A DNA stretch of 62,477 bases, filler included, from Sphacelaria rigidula (Eukaryota): NCBI GenBank assembly GCA_964200075.2. It is 6 parts of 6 records of this genome, joined end to end, with 100 filler letters (N's around TTAATTAATTAA, not from the genome) between each part and the next. Parts side by side here need not be neighbours in the genome. Positions count along the whole stretch, not along the records: positions 10,431 to 20,760 come from CAXNAA020006708.1; positions 20,861 to 31,190 come from CAXNAA020006709.1; 4 more parts are not named here. One strand, 5' to 3'. Shown here piece by piece: positions 12,193 to 25,110 of the stretch. The notes under the pieces are model-generated. The model saw nothing but the letters and a program-made list of their open reading frames with translations, did not search any database and was not told the DNA's origin. The translations under genes were made by a program, and so were the position numbers. Within the stretch, counting starts at the first letter, position 1; each line of letters starts with the position of its first letter.

Positions 12193-15100
12193 CAACAGCA
12201 GCGGCCGGGCTCAAGACAGGATAATGACGAGACTGCAGATAGCACAAAAGCCTTTGTCTTTGTGAAGATAGCTCATGGAGTGCGACTGTGGGGTTTATGC
12301 ATAGAAAGATCTGTACGAGTACGGTCATGTTTTTTTTATCAGATGGGAGAAGACCCTCGTGAAGTGTAAGGCACACGTCGGTTGATTGAAAATGCCAGAC
12401 GAACCCGTTCGTACAGGTATATCAAACTCTAGTTTCCCGGTATGTTCCTCAGTGAGATACAGATCAATATATCAGGAACCTCGAGTTTGAAATACCTCTG
12501 GTAAGCAGCCACGAATTTGTGCGGTGTGAAAGGGTAGGGTACTGTTGTGAGTCAGCCTCTAGCACGAGCGTCTAAAAGTGAGATTCATCTTCGTGAAAAT
12601 CCATGCTTGACCTCCAGAAAGCAAAACGTAGGTCTGGCAGAATCGGAGCCGAGCTCCCGGGTTGTTGATACGCGCACCCCACGAGGCATGTTACTCGCGT
12701 AGTACGAAGAGTACGGAAAACCTACGCGAAAGTATCAGGGCACGGGGTAATATAAAGAGGAAATAGAGTGGAAAAGAAGAGGAGACGGCGAAGGTGGTGG
12801 AATGACAGCAAATTGAGAATAAAATCCGAAAAAATCCGACACCCACAGAGGAACGGGGCAGCCGATTGAGGGCAGGCAAAGCTAATTCATTTACGAGGTT
12901 TCTCCGAACACATTCCCTGCCGATTCAGACTGTCACTGCCACTGGACTGTCACCTCGCCTCAGGAGTGAAGTCAACCGTTCCATGCGATGTAGAGTCCTT
13001 CCTCCTCTGCACACCGTTGCCTCCCGTTGATGTCGTACAGTGATGTCAAGTGTTGGGTCCAGGACTGTACTAGTATAATGTTTCGCACGATTGGTGTCTG
13101 ATATGGTGTCTGTACCGTGTGTAGGGGTTCCCGTTTTCTGTACGGACCGGACAAAATGCTGCAGATTGTAATGTACAGCACTACATTCGATATTGTCCGG
13201 ACAGAGTCGCTGTATATGACAAAATGAAATGTTCCAAAGTTGTCCTGGAGACCGCAAAATAGACTCCAGTGAAGAGGTCAAGAGGTCACAGGCGGTGATA
13301 CGTACGCAGTGTGCGATGTATATATTTGTAATACTGTACTGTATAACAGTATACACTACCCACGTACAGACGGTAGTACATGACACATTAACCGAGGATG
13401 TTATCAGGTTATTACGGAGACCGCAACACAGATCACAGAGGCGACCACGCGCGGATCGATGTTCGAAACAACACCGACGAGCTCATGTTCAGCCACCACA
13501 TGCTACCTATGCCTCAATGTACATCTTTATATGTTGTGTGAAGCCAGGCAACCTCTCGGCGGTTGAGACAAGGGGCTCGAGGGTGGAGATACCCCCCTCC
13601 CCAGTCTTGACATGAAAGGTTTCGACTAGATCAGAAAGATCCTCTCAAAACGTGAGTCAAAAACTTGAAAAGTCTACGGATTCCAGAGGAGAATAGAGGA
13701 TAGAGGCCTGGTCACCGAATCTTTCTTTCCATGAAATCCAGGCCTACTGCAACGGTACAACGGTCGTGTCTTCCTGTGAATCTTTAGTACGCGAAAGTCA
13801 GGAGCATCGCATTGGCCTCTTCTGCTCACCTGTTTTCCTGATCTGCTACAATGATTGTGGATAAGGAATCTCTTGCTTACTTGTTCTGAGGGACAGAGAT
13901 CAACGTTGCGACAAACTGTTGTACGAAGCATCACGCGATGGATCTCGACAGCTACATCCCGACAGCGACGACCCTCGAGTTCTTTATACTTGGAAGCAAG
14001 CCCGTTGTCTCGAGTTTTCCTTCGCAATACAGAGAGGTTACACCGAAACCTTACAGTAACTGTCATATGGTTGAAGTATGAACTATGCATATTCGAGGAC
14101 GGTGGACGGGAACTGATCGCGGTGATTCCCTATCGTCTGTAAGTTAGCACAGCACCGTTGTACGAGTACCGATTGGGATAGCAGCGTGTTTTCATCGGTA
14201 ACGGTACGGCATGAATGGAACTCGACAAAGCAGCTCGCGTCATTTCAGATGGAGAGCAACTACTACGGCGGAGAGTGTATACATGAGCATGATTGATGTA
14301 TCCTTTCAGCTCACCATTTTTGTCAGGGTCGCACATTACCGTCGAGTTTGAAAAAATGCCGCCGCAGTCTGTTCGGTCAATCGAGTGGTTGATGTGTTGG
14401 GTCGCCAGAAAACAGCACAACACAGAACAGTACTGAAGACACTATAGTCCAGCCCTGAGAGTATAGCAAGGCAGAGCACGGGCAGGAAGTCAGTTTGGAA
14501 CGAGTAGCAACAAGCGCCGGGCTGGTGCAGCGTTTGTAATTTTTTGCAGAAATATATCACGGGCCGTTGTCTTGTCTCAGCGCTGAGGATTCACTCGAAT
14601 GGCTCATTTGTCCCGGTTTTTGAGTTCTCATTTCCCAAGCAGACAGGCAGCTCCGAAGTCATTGAGTGTCACGTGCCTCCACACCTTCGCTGGTTGGTTG
14701 AACCTTCGCTCACCATCATCGAAGTCCAAGGGAACAGGATTGGATGAAAATGAACACATGAACCCTACCAAGGGCAGACTCTCATAGGTTTTTGAGAGTG
14801 TATCCGTTCTTAAAATTTGAAATGGTGGCGTCATTTTATCGACATTCGGTTTGTGGGGCCTCGCAATGGATAACACGAAACATATTCAGCCCCTACCCTA
14901 CAGTGCTTGGGTACTTACTGCCTGTTGAGCTGTTGTACGTGCTGGTGCTCGCAACAGCAACACCCTGTCGAACCACATGAGCTCCGAAATGAACGCTTCA
15001 GCTGGCAGTGACTTCAACTACTGTCCACTGTGTGTGTGTGTGTTTGTGTGTGTTTGTGTGTGTGTAGCCTATGGTTTCTCGGGGGCACACTCGACAAACG

Positions 15101-17798
15101 TCGGGAAAAGACGCGAGACAACAAAAATCTGATGTTGCGCGCCTGCTGCCTGCTGAGGTGCAGTTGCAACATGTCACCACCGGCTTTCAAAGCCCACCCT
15201 CCACACATGGCCCTTGCCTCTTGGAACCCATGCACCAATTACCTGCATTTTCGTTGGCTTATTCAGAGGAGACAAAGACGTACATTTACATGCATGTCAA
15301 GGACACTCTTGGATAAGAGGACTAGAGCCGACAACGCGCAGCAGGTTGCTCGTGCGGACTTCTGTGTACAGTACAACGTCACTGTGTAAGTACATAGATG
15401 AAGACGTCATGAGGTGCAACCCTTCTATCAAAAATGAGAAGGCTCCGGGAGAGGTGCGGAGGAAAGACTGATGAACAACAGTGATTTGAGGCCCCGTGCT
15501 TTCAACCATTGCTTGCGCAAGTACAGGCCTCCTGATTCTGTAGGCAAGGTCCAACGAGGAACTGGGGCAGTGGAAACGGAAGTTCCCTCTGTGCCCAGGG
15601 CTCAGCTACGATGGTATTATAGTGCCAAGGTGAAAGTTATACATTCTTCATCCATCACCCGTCTACCACGGGATGTATAATTTACGAATATATGAGCGGG
15701 TGCACCGTGACAATTTCGACATGCACTTGAAGGACAGGACTTGTACATACACCTGGCTCATCCACAAGGTGGGTATTGTCTCGTATAATGTGTTGATGTG
15801 CGCATATCTGTCGACGCATACAGACCGCACTGCACTGTTGGGTACTGCGACTTGTGCTGAGGTTTTGGCGGATGGAGTCGCGGTTACTGTAACAGTCCTC
15901 CATGCCCATATGGGGGCAGCAACTGCCGGGCAGTTGCGATACCGTAGCAGTTGCAGCATATTTACGGTAACGAACAGAGACTGGTCATAGATGGTGTGTC
16001 TCGAACTCAAGGTTCCAGACATCATCCAACAGTGCTTGACTAATGAATGCGCCGGGAACCTCGAGTTGAAGACAAGCAATACCACACGCCCCGACATTCA
16101 TCGCCAACTTTAGTTCTGGAAAGCCGTCAGGCCCATGAGATGATATTGCAGAATTTCGAGTCTGTATCGTACGCAACATGCCCCATGCTTTCTCCGTAAG
16201 TGAGAAACACTGCTGACTAACAGGTGGTGTGGACGGGACTGTAGTGTGTTGGCACTGGGCGATGTTAACATGCGAGCAGTCTGTGCGCTATGGGTGAGGG
16301 TGGGGCTGAATAAACAATGTAGTGCACGATAGAACGGTCCGGTAGATCGGGTTTTGGTGATAGGTTGCAGCTGAAAAGTTGATGTACCGGTTGACTCGAG
16401 TTTCAAGGAGCGGACTGATTCCGGAGAGGCCGAAAACAGGATACCACCTGAAGAGAAAGAGGTAAAATGCATAACCAGCGGTGAGACCCGGCAAAGGATC
16501 AACCAAGTCCTCTTTAGCTAGATATGGCAACAAGGCAAGAAGTTCCGCCCTTCGGAAGGACCAAACGCAACTACAGCGTCACCCTCAACCGAACAAGAGG
16601 ACAACGCACACTCGGTCCTGGGCCTGTGTGTCGAGTGTCGTACATGGGATCTCATCAACGGGAATCTCACCGGAGTACAGCAGTATAGTGTGGTACATAA
16701 CCCCCCCCCCCCCCTCCCGAACTACCTACCTCACTGGCTGAATGCGCGAAATGCCTAGAGGACACAGGGGTACAGGCATAAATGTGAAAACAGCGACGTT
16801 TGACAAACGCGCAGTCATTGGCATCCAGATATAACCCTCTAGCGTTTACTTGATTTTAGAGCACACCATTCGTCACTTGTTGGATTTTCTGGCAGAAAAT
16901 CGAACCCAATCCTCGCTGGCCGTGGTGATGGCCACATCCCAACAAAGCAGGATGTGCCAGTGGCCCATTGAGCACGAAACAAACGCGAACAGGCAGAAGA
17001 GAGAAAAAGCGTGTGCATCGCTGAACCCCAGACAAGTAGGCAGAGGAAACCACTAGTGCGTCAAGACTATCGAACTTTCGGAGACTTGTGCCCGTTGTCT
17101 TTGAAGCAAATAAATCACGTCAGCAGAAAGGTCAAAAGGATGAAACACGTCATGAAGCCCATAACGTATGGACAGTCTAAGAACCGCCGCACTGGCAACA
17201 TCTTCCACGCTTCTGCGATACTGCAATTGGCAGCCTTCCATCTGAAAGCCAAGCTCTGAAAGCCAAGCTTGGGCTACGTTCACATCAATGGGATCCCTGA
17301 AAATCCGCCCCTCGATCTGTTGCTGCGTGTGAATTTCTACTGTTTACTTGAATTTCCAAGACCCCACCTCCAATCACTTGCTGGTTACGGCTGTAGAGAT
17401 GTAGAGTTGCCAACATTTCAACCAACCCTCCCAGTAAATTCTGTAAATTTCCTTCATTTCAGAGTAAAGTTATCATCAACTCACCCGAACTCCACGGGCG
17501 GCAGCCCGTCCCCTCCTTCACCTCGCCCTCGTTCTCTCCGTCCAAACACCGCCGCGACTTTCTCCACCACAAGCGAGATCAATGAACCAAAGCCCCCTCG
17601 GTTTTGCCCTTCCCTTTCTTCTAGAGCTGCACCCCTTCGTCTCACTGAGCGCGACTGTTGTTCGTCGTAGTCCTGGTTACCCTCGAAATCAGAGTTTTCT
17701 ACTTGGGTCCCGATTTCATTCCTAGTTGTTGTGCCTTCACGGGCGCGCTTACGGTTGAATTGCACGGGTTCGCAAGGGTTCTCGTCGCGGCTTGCCAT
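12193..17798 (-). CDS. Putative multi-exon gene of unknown function; 3' part uncertain
   Basis: Phase-consistent GT-AG exon chain: 17798-17485 (MASRDENP...PPVEFG), micro-exon from 16754, 16447-16388, 15424-15360, 14368-14340, 14019-13881 (KTRDNGLASKYKELEGRRCRDVAVEIHRVMLR...PSEQ then gtaagc); further candidates from 13244 and 12310-12193. No recognisable domain. Confidence 0.45.
12415..12497. repeat. Short foldback/MITE-like hairpin (family A)
   Basis: aggtatatcaaactctagtttcc...ggaacctcgagtttgaaatacct inverted repeat. Confidence 0.7.
15029..15065. repeat. (TG)n microsatellite
   Basis: Interrupted TG dinucleotide run. Confidence 0.9.
15997..16074. repeat. Short foldback/MITE-like hairpin (family A)
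   Basis: tgtctcgaactcaaggttcc...ggaacctcgagttgaagaca inverted repeat sharing the CTCGAGGTTCC core. Confidence 0.6.
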
Positions 17799-18194
17799 CT
17801 GTGTCTCGCACGCTAAAGCTGAGGCGAGACGACGAGCACGGCACAAAACCAGCACGTATTTCGCTATTATCCCTCCCCCGTCTATATAATCGACACTTTC
17901 CCACAAAGATGTGCAGTGGAGCACAGACAGTAGCACTCCGCGGCAACCGAACCAAGATGATGGTCAGCTCCACAACACCCAGAACTCACTTTTCTTGTGG
18001 AGGGTCAGGGGATCTCGGATAGATGCCTTTTTATATGACTGCGGGTCCGTTTGGGGCACTGTGAGGGCGGAGTATCTTTCAGGCGGGGGGCGGGGATTGG
18101 AATTGTTTTTGCTTCATCGATTTTTCACCCTGTTGTTTTGTTCTGTCATTTTACTTCTTGTAGTTATGGAATACAGAAGTACGTACTGTCTGTA

Positions 18195-18424
18195 GAGGTA
18201 TACCAAACTCGAGGTTCCCCATATACTGACTGTTCAAGGTTCCTGACATATTCAACATGAAACTATTTAGACAGTATATAGTAAGCCACTGTCCAGTAGT
18301 ACAGTATATCGTGAAGGTCGGTTTTCCCCATATACGAGGTTCATGTCATGATATATTCAACAGAAAAGTATTTGAACAGTCGTAAACAGTAAAAATATTG
18401 TGAACCTCGACTTTGAGATACCTC
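18195..18424. mobile_element. MITE (family A) flanked by TA
   Basis: TA-gaggtataccaaactcgaggttc...gaacctcgactttgagatacctc-TA; about 23-bp TIRs with TA on both sides (Tc1/mariner-like). Confidence 0.7.
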
Positions 18425-18838
18425 TACGAATAGTCATGTCTTCGTCGCAGTATCTTTTATTGCGAAAGAAACACAATTGCGCAACAGGGAAAAAGATATG
18501 CCCATTGTTGCTTATAATACGCAAGCAGCGCAATCCGCATGCTATAATGGATATCCGATAAAAAGCGGTCAACCAATGAACTGACTTTTAGCATGAGATG
18601 CATGGATCTACGCCTTTGGATAGTTAATATACATCAGTAACAGTAAGATAAATCTGCACGCGAACCTTGGGCTCTAGGCCCGTCCGTCGGTGTGTGGTAG
18701 TCTCAAACACAAAGATTTACTGGGATGTCGCCCTGACTGCCAGCGCGGCCAGAGCAGGGGCAGAACATTGCGGGCCTGTCAGTTCCCTTTGTCCTAGTGT
18801 CTTACACTCCATTGTTACACCACAGGCCATCATATAAC

Positions 18839-19192
18839 ATGGCGGCTACCTTCGGGGGCTTGTCGCCGGGCCATGAAGACCTGGTGAGTTTCATCGGAAC
18901 ATGTATGTTTCAGAAATTCACACGCACACAGAAACACCACCACAAAGCGTAACTAGTTGTAGTCGCTATCTCGTGCACATGTAGTCCGCGGCACCGACCC
19001 CCCGATCCCTTCCAAATTGCGGGAGTCTCTAAACTGTGCACTGTCTGTAGGGCACTGCACTGACTTTATGGGAAACTTGAGGCATTGCCTACTCTCACTT
19101 TGTCTATCGTCAAGTAGCCGTGGATACTCAGATAGTACCAATCTACAAACCTGCTTGTCGGAATCAACTCGAACATCCGATTTGGATAGGCG
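18839..19192 (+). CDS. Putative exons of a divergently oriented gene (18839-18883, 19132-19192), function unknown
   Basis: ATG-MAATFGGLSPGHEDL followed by a strong gtgagt donor; a second candidate exon cag/IVPIYKPACRNQLEHPIWIG/gtgagt is phase-compatible. Confidence 0.35.
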
Positions 19193-20760
19193 GTGAGTAC
19201 AACCATCGGGTCATCGTCTTTTGCATACCCCTCAAGAAAAAACACAACACACCACCATGCATATATACATACAGACTGCATATTTCTACAGCTGGGAACC
19301 TGTTATTTCTACGGCAGTGTTTCTACACTGCCCCTGTAGCGATAGATCCTGACACCTTCCGTCTCCATGTGTCGCCCTGCAGCATCTTAGTTGTCGGGAT
19401 ATTTGCGTTTGAAATACGGTGCCTTGTGGAGGAGACTAAAGCCGGTTTTCGACGATTTTCAGGTGCCAAAAACTGTTCCGTATTTCCCCACAATCACGAT
19501 ATTGCTTTCGAGCCAAGGTCTTGAGTACAGGGGTACTCTGGGTACTTCAAGGACATCGCGATTACCAAACAATGTCTCAGAACCGGGAGAATAGATTGTC
19601 GATTGTCTTGCGACCCAATACTGCAGCGAATCGTAGTGATGCACGCGAAAATCTGTGCTGCTGAGTGTCATGGCGCGCAGTTATTTATAGCAACCTTTGA
19701 AGGGCACGACGAGCTTCGTCACTTAAACCCTGTCAATGGCCCCACCTCGCCACATTACCCCAGGAATCCGTTTGTATCACCTTCAACGAGAACCGGAAAC
19801 AGACTGATGTGTAGTACTGAACGGCAATAGCATGTTCCATGTCTTGCGGGTGATACTTTTTTCTCGGAAGAAGAGGACACAGACCGATTGTACATATGCG
19901 TAACTCGTGTGAAACACTGTTGCGAGCCTGTTTGCTGGGGCCAGCTTTGTCTTGTGCGCACAGTTCACGTTTGCAGCCGCGTCCGTCAGACTTCGCTCCT
20001 CATGCGTTGCACCGTGTCAAGAGACGGCACCGCCACCTCTCGACTTCGATGTTTAATCAGTTTCCACTTTTTGAAGAATCGATGAAAACACGTCGAACAC
20101 TTGCGAAGTAGGACTAGTGGTTGTACGGCTTTCACCCTTTGACGGCGAAGGGTGGTCATCCGTTGAGGCGGCGGTGTCGTTTTCCCCGACGATAAAAAAA
20201 AAATGGTTGTAGCATACCTCTTTCGGACTTAAGGGTTTTTCGTTGCACTTTTGACTTTTGGGACATTTGACACCATTTTTAGCTCCCGAACAGGGAATGT
20301 CGCCACAACGTGTCTTGGATATTTTGCATCAATTCACGAAGAGGTCCACTTTTTTTCCGGCCCGCTTGGCTCGGAGATTTCTAGAGTGGCATATGAAGAA
20401 GAGGCCAACTGGAGGCGAAAACATGTCAAGACGATGTGGAACTTTGGAAAATATCGCTAATGTACGACGCACCGAGACTCGACTGGGAGCGTATTTTTTC
20501 TTGTCCAATCCGATTTCGATTCGGAGGCCACTATCGCAACCTCGCAGCCAAGCGAATAGGAAAAACGGACTACAGCAGGCCTTTTCCGGTACGATGATGC
20601 ATTGTGCCCAAGACACGTGGTGGCGATATTCCTAGTCGGAGGGGGAGAACTATGTCGAATATTATTCCCAATCTGAAAAATCCATGAGCGATGCTACGGT
20701 AGGGGTGCACTTTTTTCGCGAAATTTTGTCTGGTTCAGGGGCTCCTAACGATTTTAGAAG

Positions 20761-20860
20761 NNNNNNNNNNNNNNNNNNNNNNNNNNNNNNNNNNNNNNNN
20801 NNNNTTAATTAATTAANNNNNNNNNNNNNNNNNNNNNNNNNNNNNNNNNNNNNNNNNNNN
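20761..20860. other. Artificial contig linker
   Basis: N44-TTAATTAATTAA-N44. Confidence 0.98.
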
Positions 20861-21340
20861 TAGCGATTTCGGGTGGGGGACCTGGACCTACCAGAAAGAA
20901 GAAAGAGATATACCAGTCGTCGTGTGGAGGAGGAAGTAGATGGACAAAACTGCTCCTGTGGCAAACGAATAGAAAGTCGAGGTCATATAGTGGCAGAATG
21001 TGAGCTATACAAGGAGGAACGGGACGTCCTAGAGGGGGAAATGCGGGGCGTAAACGAAGGTGGCATGAAATCGTTTGATGCACTAGACAGTAGGAAGAAA
21101 ACGATGGCTATACGAGGAGATAGATGGCCAGAGATGGCGAAACAGGACGGGGATAAGATATGTAAAAGGTTCTTGTGCAATGTATGGAAAAAGCGTAATG
21201 AGCTTTTGAAGAATCGTAATGAACGCCGGAATGATTGAGGTGTCTCTATCAGGAGTGGTAACGGCGCCCCGTCTCAGAAGGGATGCGTGGTCAAAGGTCG
21301 AACGACTAAAGCAAGCAACAGATAAATACGCCCTCCCCTC
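20861..21340 (+). mobile_element. Non-LTR retrotransposon (LINE) ORF2 3' end with CCHC zinc finger
   Basis: ORF 20873-21238 contains CSCGKRIESRGHIVAEC (C-x-C-x7-H-x4-C) followed by ...CNVWKKRNE, typical of LINE ORF2 C-termini. Confidence 0.75.
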
Positions 21341-22039
21341 CCCCCTTCCATCGTAGCGCCACTCATACCCGATATCGGAATGCAAAGCATGCGTGCGTTC
21401 ACTGGACAATGACAACCGGCACAAAGTAGCAGAAGATGACCATAGCGACATGTGGCAATATATTGGTATCTTGGTACCTCCGCTACCCCAAGCCAACGTA
21501 TCGCAATATGTTGGTGACGACCAATATATGGTGCTACCAATACACAGCCCTAATGAAATCCTTTTAAAACCACATGTTTTTTGTTTTTTCCGTGGTATTC
21601 GCAACATTTTGGGAATGCGGAGAAATCTGAGGTTCGTGTTGGTTTTACAGCAAGGGTATGTGCGTCGGAAGGGCGTGCGTCTAGGCTATGTGCACTGGAG
21701 GGGTATACATTCAGCCTATTTGCTCTTTCAGTGGACGTCCAAGCCTCGTGCATCGGTTACATTTTTGCTTTCTGTCCTTGAAGGGAGGAGAAAAACCTCA
21801 CCCAACACTCACCCCGCCAACGGAACGGTGTGTCGGTTATCCGGAGCCTCGGCCACACCGCCTCGCGGCAGTCATGTGGGGTATAGGGCTCAAGGCAGTG
21901 AGTGTGGGGGTCCGACCCACTGGAACCCCTCGTCAACTTGGCGCAGTGCACCGGCCGCCCTACTCTCATGAGCTTCGCTCCTAGGTGTATCAGTAACGTG
22001 TGCATCCCGGCCGTGTGCCGTGGTAGGGTGCATACCTAG

Positions 22040-22442
22040 TAGAGCTCGGAAATGGTTTGTCTAACCATTAACCAATTGAATGGTTACGCGTACCGCACTC
22101 ATGAACCAGTCAATTGTAGATAATGGTTTGATCATCGAGCGGTACAGCCACGAGCCAAAAAGCTCTCCCCGGCAGAGGGGGCCCCGCCGGAGGGGCCCGC
22201 TGGAGGCGCCGTGCCGCAGGCACGTTTTTCCGCGATTTAGCTTTACTGAAGCTCAAAAATACGTCATATTTGGGCCAATTTTCAAGGGCTGTATGTAGTA
22301 TACGTAGCTGGTAACGGCTTAAAAAGCCGGTAATGGTGAATACTATTTTGAAACCATTATCCAATTTTTTTATATAACCATTACCATCATTACCATTATA
22401 ATGATAATCGTCAGTTACAACTGGTACCATTTCCGAGCTCTA
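22040..22442. mobile_element. hAT-type MITE
   Basis: Perfect 17-bp TIRs TAGAGCTCGGAAATGGT / ACCATTTCCGAGCTCTA; 8-bp TSD atacctag / atatctag (1 mismatch); subterminal TAACCATT/AATGGT motifs. Confidence 0.85.
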
Positions 22443-23789
22443 ATATCTAGACTATGTGTGTCGGTGGGGAGTGCATTCTGGGCTACGTGCGCTAGGAAGG
22501 CGTGCATTTGGGTCAAGACAATGGTTAATGAATATCTGACTGGGACGTGTGGGGGTGCGCCGGGAGACGATTGGATAGCGAAGCTATCACTAGCCGATAC
22601 GGACACACTTACGGCCATGACACCACTAATTCATCATTGGCGAACCAGGTTCGTGTTTAATTCTGTCGAGCATAGCTTTCGGCGGCTTGGTTGAGCTTGT
22701 TGCTCCAGAAACAGGTTCACACTCGTGGCACACGCAAAGGCAAAGGGCGATACCAAGAGATGCTTCTAACATCAAAAATAATTAACTGTGAAGCTGACAC
22801 CCTCAGGCGTGAGGTTGCTCACAGTTTGGCAGTGTCCAAATTCAACGGTGCATGGCCGCATGAAATAGTCCATCAGAAATCATCTCTTCCTCTGGAGTCT
22901 ACTTGAAATGTCTGCAGGTGTTCGACTGCGCGATCAGCTGGTTGGCGCTAATACCGTGAGCAGTTTTTGCGTAGAACCTGATTTGCGGCGCAGAGACACA
23001 GTTTCATCTAGACTGCGCCGTAGGACTGACTTGTGCTGTTGGTGTCCACCGTCCATCGTGGGCTGCGAAACAAAATATTGCCCAGAAATGTCGACAGTAC
23101 TGGAACCACACCCACCGCAGCAAACGTTGAATAATAATGATCGTGTGGTGAGCACATATATGAGTAACATGTCGGGGAGTTCTATACTCAAATGTCGGCG
23201 TTATGATCGCCTCCCCTCCCACCAGGCAAGAGTGCTGACCTCTTACCCACACAATCACTTGCTTATTAATCATCGATTCCAGCTCGTCGTGCACCAGCCG
23301 CGTGGGCTGGTGTATCATCCACACTTCCTCACGCGGAAAGATATTTTGAGTGTTTTGTCCTCCGGTGTCAGCAGCACCGCGATCGTAGTTGGGAGATGTC
23401 GGAGACTGATGAAAGTGGAGGACCCCCCGAACTATCGGAAACTCAATGGATGCAGGAGTTTTCAAAGCGCAGCACGAATAAATTAACGAGTTTTCATTAT
23501 AGAAACAGAGAAAGTTCTGATCGGTCGCTGGAAGAAGAGCAACCCATCCATGTACCCATAAAAACACGAGCGGTGCACGTGTACCACTAGGATGGAGTCA
23601 TCCAATAATGAAGATAACAGGGGTAGCCAATAAACGATGTGGTGCACGTCTGAGGAGAGTACAGGCGGAGTGGATGCGCCAGCCACGGCGGGTGCACCCA
23701 CTGATTCAGGTTAATCCCATACCAATTGAGGGGTAGAATGAATATAAGGATAGTAGCAGGGCCGTAGCGCAGATTTGATGTGAGTACGG

Positions 23790-24230
23790 ATACCTTCGTG
23801 TCTTTCGCCCCCATAAGGTACTATTTTGGACCAAATATATGGAATTGAAACAACACGCCACAAAAACCATTTTAGCTCTGAACTCTTCAGGCAAAAAAAG
23901 CGGGGATACAAAGCATGCGCTGCACTCGTTCCTCAAAAGTAATCCGGAAATACCCACACATATATTCTCGCCTCATACGGTCATGCGCCAAGGAGCGGCC
24001 GTCCACCGAAACCCGTCGTATTCTAGTTATAAGCCAGATTTTGAGAGGTACATCCTATGTTGTCATTCTTTTCCCAAAATACCTTTTCTGGACTCCGATC
24101 CTTCATTTTCAAGGCAGGAACGGACTGTGTACAGTATACTTACTCTAAGTAGTCGGCACGGGTGTTACCCAGCTCCCCAGCAACAGCAACCATGGCACCC
24201 GAAGAATCGATTATTTTGGCTGGCTTCGAC
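23790..24230 (+). repeat. Dispersed repeat, same family as the arms of the 58190-60590 foldback
   Basis: Shares cctcatacggtcatgcgc...caccgaaacccgtc...ccccagcaacagcaaccatggcac with about 58200-58600. Confidence 0.7.
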
Positions 24231-24987
24231 CGTGTCTTATTGAGGCCAAAAAGAGAAGCGCAGAGCGAATCAAGCGTCCAAACGCAGCATGTTGATTGGT
24301 CCCCGCAACCATAGACCCGCTGGGCGACGAATCAACATGCTGCTCTCGGGAGTGCTGCTACGTTTTCCGCTTCTTCATCTCGTTCCGATCAGACAGCGTC
24401 TTAGATACCGTTCACCAAATATAACAACTAAATAAGCCCGTTTCCAACCAACTTGTCGACGTTTAGGGATGAACTTTCTGGCGCTCTTGTGTTTTCGCTT
24501 CGCGGCTTTGCCACCAACGAACGCATGAACCGGGAACATGAACAGTTCTCTGGTGTCAAGTACACCATGACATCGCCCAGCACCTCTCTGCCGAGGGGGA
24601 GCATACGATGCGATCGAGAGCGTGCGGTTTATGGCATGTCTCAGCAGTAGTACTGTGTAATATACGACTTTCCCCATGAAACAAGTTTGAATTTGTTTTA
24701 TATATTGAAGGTGCAACGCAAAGCCATGGTCACATGGGCAAAAATATCACACACTCGCTTGGGGGGCAGGGGGCGGGGGATGGGGGGGGGGGGGCGTGTT
24801 GTACTTCGCCATCTACATAATAGTACTACTGTAGCTAAGGCTGTGAACTGGGCCAGTTAATACTATCAGCTGACCGGAACTGGAGTTAAGCTGGAACTGG
24901 CGACGAGGGCGCCAGTTGTCCAGGTATTTCAAGTTTGCCGTCACCGGTATTTTATATCAATTTTAGTATGGTGAGTGTATACCAAAG

Positions 24988-25110
24988 GTGCTTGCTACTT
25001 GTACTACTGCTGTAGAGCACCTGTTTTCATGCGCAAGGAATATGGTGACGAAGACTCGCAACTCGCTGAGCCCCAAGTACATTGAACTGTTGGTTTTCTT
25101 TCGTAGCAAA
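24988..25110 (+). pseudogene. hAT transposase C-terminal dimerisation domain remnant
   Basis: Translates VLATCTTAVEHLFSCARNMVTKTRNSLSPKYIELLVFFRSK, matching the hATC pattern (SERxFS.AG.I.T..RNxLSP..IE.LVFL). Not in the ORF track. Confidence 0.75.

Noticed and set aside
18839..18883. Seh1/Sec13 N-terminus (GHEDL)
   Set aside because: The expected next residues (IHDV..D.YG.R.ATCSSD) were not found as an exon in the contig; five residues are insufficient.
22908..23590. Long overlapping ORFs on both strands (192 aa and 187 aa)
   Set aside because: No recognisable motifs or clear splice signals; lies in TE-rich contig.
24760..24794. G-rich run as a functional G-quadruplex
   Set aside because: Poly-G/poly-C runs are frequent in this window (16701, 51978) and look like simple low-complexity sequence.
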